A stretch of 17,498 bases of DNA. It comes from Nanobdellota archaeon (GTDB taxonomy: Archaea; Nanobdellota; Nanobdellia; Pacearchaeales; GW2011-AR1). Numbering within the stretch: the stretch's first letter is position 1; the number at the start of each line of letters is the position of its first letter. Under the pieces are notes generated by a model, which was not told the origin of the DNA, did no database searches, and saw nothing but the letters and a program-made list of their open reading frames with translations. Positions 1 to 8,378 of the stretch are shown in pieces. The DNA is taken from the NCBI GenBank assembly GCA_030640565.1, contig DAOWJD010000014.1, positions 1 through 17,498 on the forward strand, written 5' to 3'. The position numbers and the translations under genes are program-made.

Positions 1-1
1 A

Positions 2-571
2 ATTGGGGATGGTCATCTTAAAAAAAGCAAGTATCAAATCAACTTAGAATTATCTAATAAAAATTTAATTAAAAGTATAAAAAAAATGTGCTTATATCTG
101 TTTAATAGATCATTTAATATTTGTAAAGTAAAAGAAAGGGTAAATAGAAAACAATCATATTCTATGTGTATTGATAGTAAAGCTATTCATCAATTACTAA
201 ACCAAGTACATGAAATTCCTATTGGTAAAAAAAGTCATATTGTAAAAGTTCCAAAATATATTTTTATTTCAAACAAATCAATTAAAGCTGCTTTTCTAAT
301 TGGAATAATGGTTACAGAAGGTGGAAAAAGAAGAAGGGGTTTTGGATTATCAACAGCCAGCGAACAATTATGGAAAGATTTAGTAATACTTTTTAATGAA
401 GTCGGAATTAAGGTAAAAACAGATAAGTGGACACACAAAAAGTATAAAAAGGATTATTATGGTTTATCTTTTAAGAAAGAATGTCTTTCTATTTTGACGC
501 GGGAGTGCCGGAGTGGTCAAACGGGCCAGATTCTTTTTAGGTGTAATAACCTAAGAGAAGGCTATGCTTAG
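2..571 (+). CDS. LAGLIDADG-family homing endonuclease, two-motif type, 5' end cut by window edge
   Basis: The frame of the tracked ORF 86..571 is open from base 2 and translates as IGDGHLKKSKYQINLELSNKNLIKSIKK..., the tail of a first LAGLIDADG motif. A second motif-like helix, KAAFLIGIMVTEGG, lies about 100 aa downstream, as expected for a monomeric double-domain enzyme. The first in-frame stop is TAG at 569-571, so the last ~24 codons are tRNA DNA. Confidence 0.7.
   Translation: MGDGHLKKSKYQINLELSNKNLIKSIKKMCLYLFNRSFNICKVKERVNRKQSYSMCIDSKAIHQLLNQVHEIPIGKKSHIVKVPKYIFISNKSIKAAFLIGIMVTEGGKRRRGFGLSTASEQLWKDLVILFNEVGIKVKTDKWTHKKYKKDYYGLSFKKECLSILTRECRSGQTGQILFRCNNLREGYA
469..478 (+). promoter_or_regulatory. 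TATA-like box for tRNA-Leu
   Basis: TTTTAAGAAA is centred about 26 nt upstream of the tRNA 5' end at 499. The L44e and tRNA-Thr boxes in this window have the same spacing. It lies inside the 3' end of the LAGLIDADG ORF. Confidence 0.4.
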
Positions 572-618
572 GACCTGGTAGCTTAGTGCTTGCAGGGGTT
601 CGAATCCTCTCTCCCGCA
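499..618 (+). tRNA. tRNA-Leu (anticodon UAG), class II with long variable arm, contains an intron of about 36 nt; no encoded CCA
   Basis: Hand fold: acceptor GCGGGAG (499-505) pairs with CTCCCGC (611-617), discriminator A618. D arm is CCG/CGG with an A14 and GG-containing loop. T arm is AGGGG-TTCGAAT-CCTCT. Variable arm is AGC-TTAGT-GCT. Anticodon loop is CTTAGGA (567-573) followed by CCTGG. The 120 nt length needs about 36 nt removed to give an 84-nt class II tRNA. A73 plus the long variable arm fits Leu rather than Ser. Confidence 0.8.
530..565 (+). other. putative tRNA-Leu intron, boundaries tentative (+/-1 nt), apparently at non-canonical position 30/31
   Basis: Removing 530-565 joins CCAG to G and gives a perfect 5-bp anticodon stem CCAGG/CCTGG around loop CTTAGGA. 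Removing 531-566 instead leaves an A31-C39 mismatch. The intron has an internal hairpin TTAGG-TGTAATAA-CCTAA (537-554) whose CCTAA could alternatively pair with the anticodon-loop TTAGG (568-572). I could not draw a clean bulge-helix-bulge by hand. Confidence 0.4.
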
Positions 619-635
619 TAATTATTTCTAAATCT

Positions 636-3600
636 TTATCCAAAACATCCAAGTAATTGACAATATGCCATATATCTTGCATAAGTCCCTCTAACATATC
701 CTTCAGAAGTAATTTCAGTGCCATACTTAGCAACATCTATAACATTTTCTGGAATAATTGCATATTCTGGAGAATTTCCTGTTCTTTTCTCATATTCGAT
801 TTTTATAGTGTGATAAATAATTGTATCTTCTAAATCATCTTCCTTCTCACTAGCTTGGAAAGTTTTTAGATTATCACGAGTCAATAAATCCTCTCTTCCT
901 ACTCTTATTAAAAATTCTTCAACAACTTCCATTGTTTTATCACCAATATCTCCATCAAGAGCAAGATTACTTCTTAGTAAGACGTTTAATTGATTCTGTA
1001 AGGCAGCGTTTCTAGAAGAATATAATCCTGACTGATAATCTGCAGCAATGAGTTTAATCCTATCTTCGTCTAAAGGTTTTGTATTATAATCAGTGTAAAC
1101 ATTTATTATTTCATTTAAATATAATACTCCATAATAAACTCCTCCTTTCTGTGTATACAATATAGATCTCATCTCTTTATCAGAGTAATCTTCGTGGCTA
1201 TATTTCTGAGCCAATACCCTCGCCTTTTCTACATTTAATTGCATTGAACCAACTGTCTCTGGTCTGAATCCTTTAACAAATAGTTTTTCCACGAATCCAA
1301 CAGAATCTAAGAATTGCTCTAACTGCTTTTCTGTTTTAATTTCTCTTATTTGATCTTTATATTTTTCATAAAAACGATTAGCTCCACGATATTTTAATCC
1401 AAGCCACTCTCCTCCTTCTTTAATCTCTTGTAATTTCCTTTGAATTATGTTTTCTATATTTGGTGTAAGAGGATCTGCTCTAAAATCAGATTCTCTCTCT
1501 ATCGTACTAACTATCAAAGATACATGTTCAAACTCTAAAGGAATATTCCAATCAATCATTACTCTTAAAATAGCATTTGCCCATTCTTCTCCTTGCTCTT
1601 GATTAATATGACCTCTTCTATAACTTATAGCCTGAGAAATAGGTCCTCTTAATAATTCAGCTTCAGGAGGGAAAAAAACTCTTTCTAATGGGGACTCTGT
1701 TTCTATAGCACATTCTGGAAACATCTCCATAACAGCGTTTCTGTTTGTCTCATCTAATACATCTTCTACATACCTAGGATTTCCTACAGATTTTTTATCT
1801 CCTTCTTCATCTACATCTGTACATCGGGTATTCCATCCATTATAACTTCTCAAAGCACGTTTCCATCCAGAATAAGCTTTATTAACAAAATCACTTTCTC
1901 TAACAACACCCCATTTTATCTGCCTATAACAACTATAAACTCTTTCTGAAGAATCATAATTATCTATTAATAAATTAATTCCATATTTCACATTTTCTTC
2001 AAAAAGTACTTTTTCTCCATGCACATCTTTATTAATTTGCATAATACCCAGACTCTTATCCTCATCTCCTGAAATAACTTCTTTAATATCTTCCTCACAA
2101 TATAATGGATCCTGTTCTAGATTATCAGAAGATCTTTTACAATGTCTAATATTGCTTTCAACTCTTGCAACCATTAAAGCTAAACATTCAAAAGATTCTG
2201 CTCTTGTGCCTTCTTTAACCTTATTAAAATCGATTTCCGGGTGCTCTAACTTTTTCTCTCTTGCCATCTCTATTATTTTTCCACCTAAAAGTTTTTGGCA
2301 TTCTTCTAATGTAAAGCAGGTTTCTGCTCCTGGCTTAATTTCTAATCCAATTCCTGGTTCAGTTCCTAATTGAGAACCCTCTTGAAAGGCTAAGGCATCA
2401 ATACTAAAAATAGTCTCTGCGCCATTATAATAATCCGGCTCTTCTTCGTCTAAGCTTTCTATTAAATCTTCATTTTGTAGCCATGTTTCTTCATCCCATA
2501 TCTTCATTTTTCCAATAAAAACTTTTGCGGGAACATGTGCCCAATTTTTCTTATCTGGAGACCATCTCCATTTTTTTTGAGAAGAGTCAAATTCAAAATA
2601 AACATCTGTTGCTTCCTGCTGTTTCACTGTAAATCTTTCTTTATGAGATAATTCAACACTTTTTGTAGATAATATTACATTAGACAAAAGGCCTTTACCT
2701 TTATTTTGTGTTGTTCTGTCAATTAATAATTTTAATCCCTCTGAATAAGATTCACCAACGAATTTACTTGTAAACTTTTGCATTTCTTCAGATAATCCAT
2801 CAAAGGGATGTCTTAATCTTCCATGTGGGTCAATAGCCCATATGTCAGAGACACCTTTATCTGTAGTGTGCCAAGCACTTTTAGTTAATTTTCTATCCAA
2901 AGCCCAATACCAATTATTCCCAGAATATGAATAATAAATGCTAGTTTTTTCTTTAAATAAAACAACTCCTCCATATTTAAATTCAAAAATAGGATATGCT
3001 CCTCTTCCTGTACCAATTCTTTTCGTTTCTTCATCAATCTCTGCTAATTTTCTCGCAGCCTCTTCAGTTGTAGGTGCACCCTTATCACTAGTTGGCGGAG
3101 GAGTAGGTTTTTTCTGTATGGATTTAATATATTTATCATATATATCTGAAACAATTAACCTATAGAGGTTTGCTCTTAAAAGAATTAAAGAAGCTTTTTT
3201 AGTTGGATGGTAAACCTTATCAATATCTGCATTAATTATGTTTATTTTTCTAAAATTGTTATCTTCTTCTTCTACATCCTTAAGAAGTTCCTTAAATTCA
3301 TTATCACTCAAAAAATTACTTCCTTCTAAAGTTTCTATGTAACCAGGTGTTACTTCTTCTAAAATTTTATCCTCAATATTTGTATTTTTTATAGTGGTTT
3401 TTACACTGTTTGTATCAAGCCAGCACTGCATCTTTGTATCTCCACAATATCCAACAGGTTGCCATCTTGATTTGTTTGTTCTAATAAAAGCATCTGTGGC
3501 TTTTCCAGGATTATCTGTTGCACATATTCTTGTAATTCCACGATTGTATAAGGCAGGGTTTGTTATTTCTGTTGCTCCTGCCTGGATATTAGGACTTAAT

Positions 3601-6600
3601 AAACTCAAAACATTTGGAGTCCCTGAACGACATGCTGCTTCTGTAGTAATATCTGTCTGGCTTGCCTGAGATTCAACATATTTTTCTGCAACATAATTTA
3701 CCCCAAAAGAGGTTGTAACTTGTTTAAAACCGCACTCTTCCTGACCATTAACAATTATACACATCTGATGATAACCAGAAGGAGCTGTAAGATCTCTTGT
3801 TTCTGTGAAATAATCTCCTGCTTTAATAAATCCCTGAGCAACAATTCTTTTGAGAGATGCATCTTGATAGAAAGAACCTCCTGTTCCTCTAAGATAAACC
3901 TGGTAATATGCTGGGAAATCTTTTCCTGCATAAACATGATAAAATACTTTATATTGCGAGACAGGTGGATTTGTTGCTGTAGTGAAAGGAATTTCATCAA
4001 ATCTTCCATAAAACTGTACAGGAGAATCAGGAGTTATAAAGGTGTCAAATCCAGAAGGTCCTACAAAAGAAATGAAATTTTTACAGACAGATGTTCCTAC
4101 ATCTTCCACAGATCTTCCCTTAAAGGATTTGAAAGAGCTTGCAGCATATTGTTGTGTGAAAAAGTCGATAGAATCGGATGAACGTTGCCATGCATCCTTG
4201 ACTCCGAGATATTCTCCTCCTCCACGAGCCTTTTGCCCAAGCACTGTCCCAAGTCCCTCTGTAACAATTATTTTTGCCAATGGAATTCCTTGTCTCCAGA
4301 TAAGATCACACAGATACACACTATTGATTTCATCACAAACCCCAACTGTTTGTCCTGTATCCAAACTAGTTTGCAAACATTGTTGATAAGAATCAAAAAC
4401 AGTTAGCAAACTTTCAATTCCTGCATGGATTCCAGACAAACAAACAGGAACTTTTACTTCTGGGAAATTTGGCAAGCAAAGAAAAATACTTCCTGCTATC
4501 CCTGTCTGTACAACATCTTTAACAGGATATGCTCCCCCTAAATCACACCTTGAACTTGGGCATGCAACAGGATCACATACATTAAACATTAAATTACAAT
4601 CTGAAGGCGACATAAAATCCTGGCATTGTATATCTGGCCTTCCTGTTTCAGGATTTCCAACTTTAATTCTCTGTGAGGCCCCCCTTGGAGATATAATACT
4701 AACATGAGATACTCCTGAACGATGTTGTCTTTGCGCAGCTAAAATCGCTTTTTCAGCAGTATTTTTCAATGTTCTTAATTCTCCTTTGTCTAATCCTGAG
4801 AAATCAGGAGGTTGTCCTCCCCAAGTAAATCCTTCACAACTATCATCACCTATTCCTGAATTAAATTCTGCCTTATTATTTCCTCCAACATTGCAAATAT
4901 AAAAACTTCTTACAACTCCTGATGCATCATAAGCTCTTATTGCACCACCTATAGGCATAGTGGGTTTTATATAAGCATACCACCCATTTTGTAAATCAAA
5001 AGGAACAATTGCAGGAAACCCTGCATAAGCACCTGATTCATAATATCTTACTTCTGCATTTTCAAACGCATTTTCATAAGTTGTTCTATCAACTCTCTTG
5101 AAAAAAGCATTTTTTAAATCATCTGATGGACTTGAAACAAGACTACCATCTTTTTGATTATAAATTAATGGCTGGTCTTCTTGATCTCTTGCTACAGGAA
5201 ATTTATCTATTCCTCCTGTATCATCTAAAACAACTATATATGTCTTACCTGTATTAGATGGTAAAAGTACAATAGGTGTGTTTTCTTTAATAAGGGGTTT
5301 TCCATCATCATCTATTATGTTATTTATGCCTTCTAAAGATGTTTTACCTTGAATATTTTTATAGGTAAGTCCGCTATAATCCATTGCTTTTACTCTTTCA
5401 CCTTCTTGGAAAAATTCAATTTGAGAAGGAGCAACACCATACTTGTTTACCAAATTAATCCTTTCAGAAAAATATTCAGTGTTTGCTTTTATATCTGCTA
5501 GAATATCATATCTTTTCTTTTCTGAAAGCTCTTTAAGTTCTTCCCCAATATTTGGTGTTGATAAAACTTTTTGCAACCTGTCCAAATCTCTTGCTTGGCT
5601 TGGAGTTATTTTCCCTTCACTGAAACCCTCTTCAGAAAATGCACTTCCAACATTTGATGTTTTAGAAATCTCTATTTTTTCTCCAGCCTTATTTGGGTTA
5701 GTTATAGAACCATCTAAAGATTCTCTTATTCGAATTAATCTCTCAGCAGCATTTTCACTTGTAATTGCTTCTTGATTTTCTATTATTTCTGACACAATGT
5801 TAACATCTCTGTTAATTTTATCTGAATTGTTAAGAAGACAGGCATCAACATTTCTATAATCCCCTAATTTTTTCTTTTTTTCACAGAAATCAAACCAACC
5901 TCCATCACCCCTCATTACTTCCTGCCTTGCAAGTCCTCTCCCTCCGAGATTTGAAAAAAAGTTTTTAACAGTAAGACCAGTCCCAATACCAAGACATGCT
6001 GCTTTAAAACCACTGACAACAGTTCCAATCTTTTTGTTTATATTCTGCCATTTCTCTAAAGTTTTATTTAAAAATTCAATTCTTTCTCTTGTTTTTTCAG
6101 GGGATAATTGAAATAATCTTTTTTCAATCCCTATCTTAAATCCAAAAGTAGCATTTGTTCTTGCATAATTTATCTTAGGATTTATAGAAACTTTTGCTAC
6201 TTTTTTTAAATTAACTTCTTCAAGTGTAAACTGATACTTACTTCTAAAAGTCTCTGTAACCCCATGAGATAAAGTTTCAGTTGAAGGTTCTATAAAGAAA
6301 GCTATTACTTCTTCCACAGTCCTGCTCTTCTTAAGATTAACTCTTATCCTTGCTGTTGCACCTCTATCTAATTCACCTTTTTGCAAATCCAAGAGTTGAA
6401 TATATTCATCTGTATCACCTGTATCATCTGTAGTTTCACCCAAGTAAACAAGAGTATTTTGTCTTAACTTAACTGATTCTCTCTCTCCATTAGGATATCT
6501 GATATTTATAGTTGCGCTAAACTCATCAAGAGAAGGCTCTCTAACTGAACCAAAATTAATATTATAAATTCTTCCATTTATAACAACATTCTCAAAAGTT

Positions 6601-8378
6601 TTTTCAGAACTGGAAAATGCATAAATACTTTTACATACTTGTTCTTCTTCTAAATTAGGGTATGTTGCTTTAAATTCATTACAAAGTTCTAGGGCTGTTC
6701 TTTTCTGGTCAGCAGAAAATGCAAGATTTATTTTTCCAGATAAAGCTTCAGGACCTAAAGTTTTACCAGATTCCGAAGATTTTTCCTGAGAGAAATCTTC
6801 AAGTACATAATCATAATCTTCATTTCCACTAGAATAATAATTCTGGAAATTTGAGTCTTCTTTAGATGCAAGAGACAGTTCAGAATTAGTAGCATCTGCA
6901 AATCCTAAAATAGTTATACTTTTTCCAAAGGCATTTTCGGGTTTTCCAAAAGAAATAGTGTCAAATGATTGACCTGCAAGTCTTCTTATACCTTTTTCAA
7001 CAACGCCTACTCCAGCTTTTCCTGCTTTAATAGTGGCATCGACAAGATTTTTTGGGGTTTCAGAAGGTTGAAGATTTTTCATAAGTCTCCCAATAGACAT
7101 TATCCGATCTTCTTCAATACAATCTTCATCGCCAGGAGCAGACATAATAACAATAAATAAATCTCCTTCAGATACAATATTACTTTTTGTACCAGCATAT
7201 GCAAGATAAGCAGATTTATCGTTATTTATTTTATAAAGTTTTTGTCCAACCTTTACTGTTTTTTCTTCTCCTCCAACATCAATTTTTAATTTAGGCTTAT
7301 ACCCTATTTGGAAAGAGCTCCTCCTAGTATCTCCCTGACAACTAATAGTAACTTTCTCATTAATTCCGTGATTTTCTATATATTTTATTGTGCATTTATT
7401 ATCTATGAATTTTTCCCCTTCTTTTAATTCAAGAACATTACCATTTACTTTTAAATTAACCCTTGTACCAGGATTTTCTAGGTCTTTCAGTTGTACTTGC
7501 ATGGTTCCAAAACAATAATCAAAACCAGGTAGAGGGGTGTTTCTTGAAGATTCACCAACATTAAGATTAAGTGTAACAAGTTTTCTTTTTACATCTGACT
7601 TTCCAGAACCATAAGTTTCTCTATCAGAATAAACAGAGATAGTTGCTCCATTGTTATCAATCCCTTCTGCTCTCAGATAACCTCTTCCATCCCAAAAACC
7701 ATATCTTAAATAATTCTCTTCCCATTCATCTTCATTCATTTGAGGAAGATAAAAAACAGATCTTCCGACGCCAAAAGCATTTTTTATATCATATCTTATC
7801 TTAGCTGTTAAATTTCCTAAAATAAATTCAGGCATGATTGATTCATTTATTTGCTTTCTCAAAACTATGACAGCATATCCTATTTTATTTAAAACAGGCT
7901 GATTAAACTGGGTCCTGAATCTTCCCAAGGCAGCTCTTGCAGGCACATACGTCACTCCTACAACTTCTTTTGGTTTTGGTCCTGCAAAAGAGAAAGTAAT
8001 GGTACTGATTGTTTCAATTTCTATCATAGGATTAAGTTGTGTCGCAACTATAGGACAAAAAACAGGAACATTTTGATCCTCAAGGATGTCGCTTCTTACA
8101 ACAGACGGTTCACAACCTAAAGGATCAATTTGAAGAATAAAATCCTGTCCTGCTTCACACTTGTTTCTATCAAACAAAGGAAATCCAGGGTCTCCTGAAT
8201 AAGGAACATAAGTTGGAGAATAAGAAGTAAATGATCTTGAATAAGAATTAGAAGCACTGAAAATTTGCGCTGAAATAAATGAAATTAATAAAACTGTTAA
8301 AATCAAGGCACTAAAAACTAAGATAAATCTTTTCATATTCATACGCGTCATTATTTTATTTTTTGCTTTCATCTTCAC
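636..8378 (-). CDS. giant (about 2580 aa) secreted multidomain protein with two C-terminal lytic-transglycosylase-like domains
   Basis: Uninterrupted 7.7-kb ORF. The N-terminus MKRFILVFSALILTVLLISFISAQIFSAS has a Sec-type n-h-c pattern. A Pro/Thr linker KKPTPPPTSDKGAPTT (about nt 3069-3113) separates the large unrecognisable body from a C-terminal module carrying SLT-like motifs. The start is uncertain: GTG 8378 overlaps the upstream TGA stop (GTGA), ATG 8372 follows AGGTGA, and further in-frame ATGs occur at codons 10, 13 and 15. Confidence 0.9.
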   Translation of the reverse strand: MKMKAKNKIMTRMNMKRFILVFSALILTVLLISFISAQIFSASNSYSRSFTSYSPTYVPYSGDPGFPLFDRNKCEAGQDFILQIDPLGCEPSVVRSDILEDQNVPVFCPIVATQLNPMIEIETISTITFSFAGPKPKEVVGVTYVPARAALGRFRTQFNQPVLNKIGYAVIVLRKQINESIMPEFILGNLTAKIRYDIKNAFGVGRSVFYLPQMNEDEWEENYLRYGFWDGRGYLRAEGIDNNGATISVYSDRETYGSGKSDVKRKLVTLNLNVGESSRNTPLPGFDYCFGTMQVQLKDLENPGTRVNLKVNGNVLELKEGEKFIDNKCTIKYIENHGINEKVTISCQGDTRRSSFQIGYKPKLKIDVGGEEKTVKVGQKLYKINNDKSAYLAYAGTKSNIVSEGDLFIVIMSAPGDEDCIEEDRIMSIGRLMKNLQPSETPKNLVDATIKAGKAGVGVVEKGIRRLAGQSFDTISFGKPENAFGKSITILGFADATNSELSLASKEDSNFQNYYSSGNEDYDYVLEDFSQEKSSESGKTLGPEALSGKINLAFSADQKRTALELCNEFKATYPNLEEEQVCKSIYAFSSSEKTFENVVINGRIYNINFGSVREPSLDEFSATINIRYPNGERESVKLRQNTLVYLGETTDDTGDTDEYIQLLDLQKGELDRGATARIRVNLKKSRTVEEVIAFFIEPSTETLSHGVTETFRSKYQFTLEEVNLKKVAKVSINPKINYARTNATFGFKIGIEKRLFQLSPEKTRERIEFLNKTLEKWQNINKKIGTVVSGFKAACLGIGTGLTVKNFFSNLGGRGLARQEVMRGDGGWFDFCEKKKKLGDYRNVDACLLNNSDKINRDVNIVSEIIENQEAITSENAAERLIRIRESLDGSITNPNKAGEKIEISKTSNVGSAFSEEGFSEGKITPSQARDLDRLQKVLSTPNIGEELKELSEKKRYDILADIKANTEYFSERINLVNKYGVAPSQIEFFQEGERVKAMDYSGLTYKNIQGKTSLEGINNIIDDDGKPLIKENTPIVLLPSNTGKTYIVVLDDTGGIDKFPVARDQEDQPLIYNQKDGSLVSSPSDDLKNAFFKRVDRTTYENAFENAEVRYYESGAYAGFPAIVPFDLQNGWYAYIKPTMPIGGAIRAYDASGVVRSFYICNVGGNNKAEFNSGIGDDSCEGFTWGGQPPDFSGLDKGELRTLKNTAEKAILAAQRQHRSGVSHVSIISPRGASQRIKVGNPETGRPDIQCQDFMSPSDCNLMFNVCDPVACPSSRCDLGGAYPVKDVVQTGIAGSIFLCLPNFPEVKVPVCLSGIHAGIESLLTVFDSYQQCLQTSLDTGQTVGVCDEINSVYLCDLIWRQGIPLAKIIVTEGLGTVLGQKARGGGEYLGVKDAWQRSSDSIDFFTQQYAASSFKSFKGRSVEDVGTSVCKNFISFVGPSGFDTFITPDSPVQFYGRFDEIPFTTATNPPVSQYKVFYHVYAGKDFPAYYQVYLRGTGGSFYQDASLKRIVAQGFIKAGDYFTETRDLTAPSGYHQMCIIVNGQEECGFKQVTTSFGVNYVAEKYVESQASQTDITTEAACRSGTPNVLSLLSPNIQAGATEITNPALYNRGITRICATDNPGKATDAFIRTNKSRWQPVGYCGDTKMQCWLDTNSVKTTIKNTNIEDKILEEVTPGYIETLEGSNFLSDNEFKELLKDVEEEDNNFRKINIINADIDKVYHPTKKASLILLRANLYRLIVSDIYDKYIKSIQKKPTPPPTSDKGAPTTEEAARKLAEIDEETKRIGTGRGAYPIFEFKYGGVVLFKEKTSIYYSYSGNNWYWALDRKLTKSAWHTTDKGVSDIWAIDPHGRLRHPFDGLSEEMQKFTSKFVGESYSEGLKLLIDRTTQNKGKGLLSNVILSTKSVELSHKERFTVKQQEATDVYFEFDSSQKKWRWSPDKKNWAHVPAKVFIGKMKIWDEETWLQNEDLIESLDEEEPDYYNGAETIFSIDALAFQEGSQLGTEPGIGLEIKPGAETCFTLEECQKLLGGKIIEMAREKKLEHPEIDFNKVKEGTRAESFECLALMVARVESNIRHCKRSSDNLEQDPLYCEEDIKEVISGDEDKSLGIMQINKDVHGEKVLFEENVKYGINLLIDNYDSSERVYSCYRQIKWGVVRESDFVNKAYSGWKRALRSYNGWNTRCTDVDEEGDKKSVGNPRYVEDVLDETNRNAVMEMFPECAIETESPLERVFFPPEAELLRGPISQAISYRRGHINQEQGEEWANAILRVMIDWNIPLEFEHVSLIVSTIERESDFRADPLTPNIENIIQRKLQEIKEGGEWLGLKYRGANRFYEKYKDQIREIKTEKQLEQFLDSVGFVEKLFVKGFRPETVGSMQLNVEKARVLAQKYSHEDYSDKEMRSILYTQKGGVYYGVLYLNEIINVYTDYNTKPLDEDRIKLIAADYQSGLYSSRNAALQNQLNVLLRSNLALDGDIGDKTMEVVEEFLIRVGREDLLTRDNLKTFQASEKEDDLEDTIIYHTIKIEYEKRTGNSPEYAIIPENVIDVAKYGTEITSEGYVRGTYARYMAYCQLLGCFG
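1000..1595 (-). other. second, more divergent lytic-transglycosylase-like domain (domain of the giant protein)
   Basis: VSLIVSTIERESDFRADP (Glu-Ser at 1488-1493), then about 80 aa later ETVGSMQLNVEKA (G codon at 1248-1250), then GGVYYGVLYLNEII. The order of signature elements matches the first domain but the E-to-GxMQ spacer is longer. The call rests on motifs only. Confidence 0.4.
1824..2216 (-). other. SLT / GH23-like lytic transglycosylase domain (domain of the giant protein)
   Basis: ECLALMVARVESNIRHC (candidate catalytic Glu codon at 2157-2159, followed by Ser), then SLGIMQINKDVHG (GIMQ at 2037-2048), then YGINLL and AYSGWKRALRSYNGW. This is the E-S ... G-[LI]-M-Q-[IV] ... Y pattern of family 1 soluble lytic transglycosylases and goose-type lysozyme-fold proteins. 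Confidence 0.65.

Noticed and set aside
235-736. Minus-strand ORFs 235-438 and 551-736
   Set aside because: The first is antisense to the LAGLIDADG ORF. The second spans the tRNA-Leu gene and the end of the giant ORF in another frame. Both are better explained by the features called.
2571-5881. Homopolymer tracts inside the giant gene (T8 at 2571-2578; T6-C-T7 at about 5868-5881) as possible phase-variation slippage sites
   Set aside because: Lys-codon A-runs of this length are expected by composition in a very AT-rich genome. There is no evidence of frame disruption or alternative downstream frames.
2152-7160. Plus-strand ORFs (2152-2373, 2938-3165, 3394-3669, 3720-4181, 4042-4386, 4185-4406, 5443-5775, 6969-7160) and minus-strand ORF 3755-4009 inside the giant gene
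   Set aside because: All lie antisense or out of frame within a continuous 7.7-kb ORF. Their translations are low-complexity, Ser/Leu/Phe/Cys-rich shadows typical of the opposite strand of an AT-rich gene. They have no start context or motifs.
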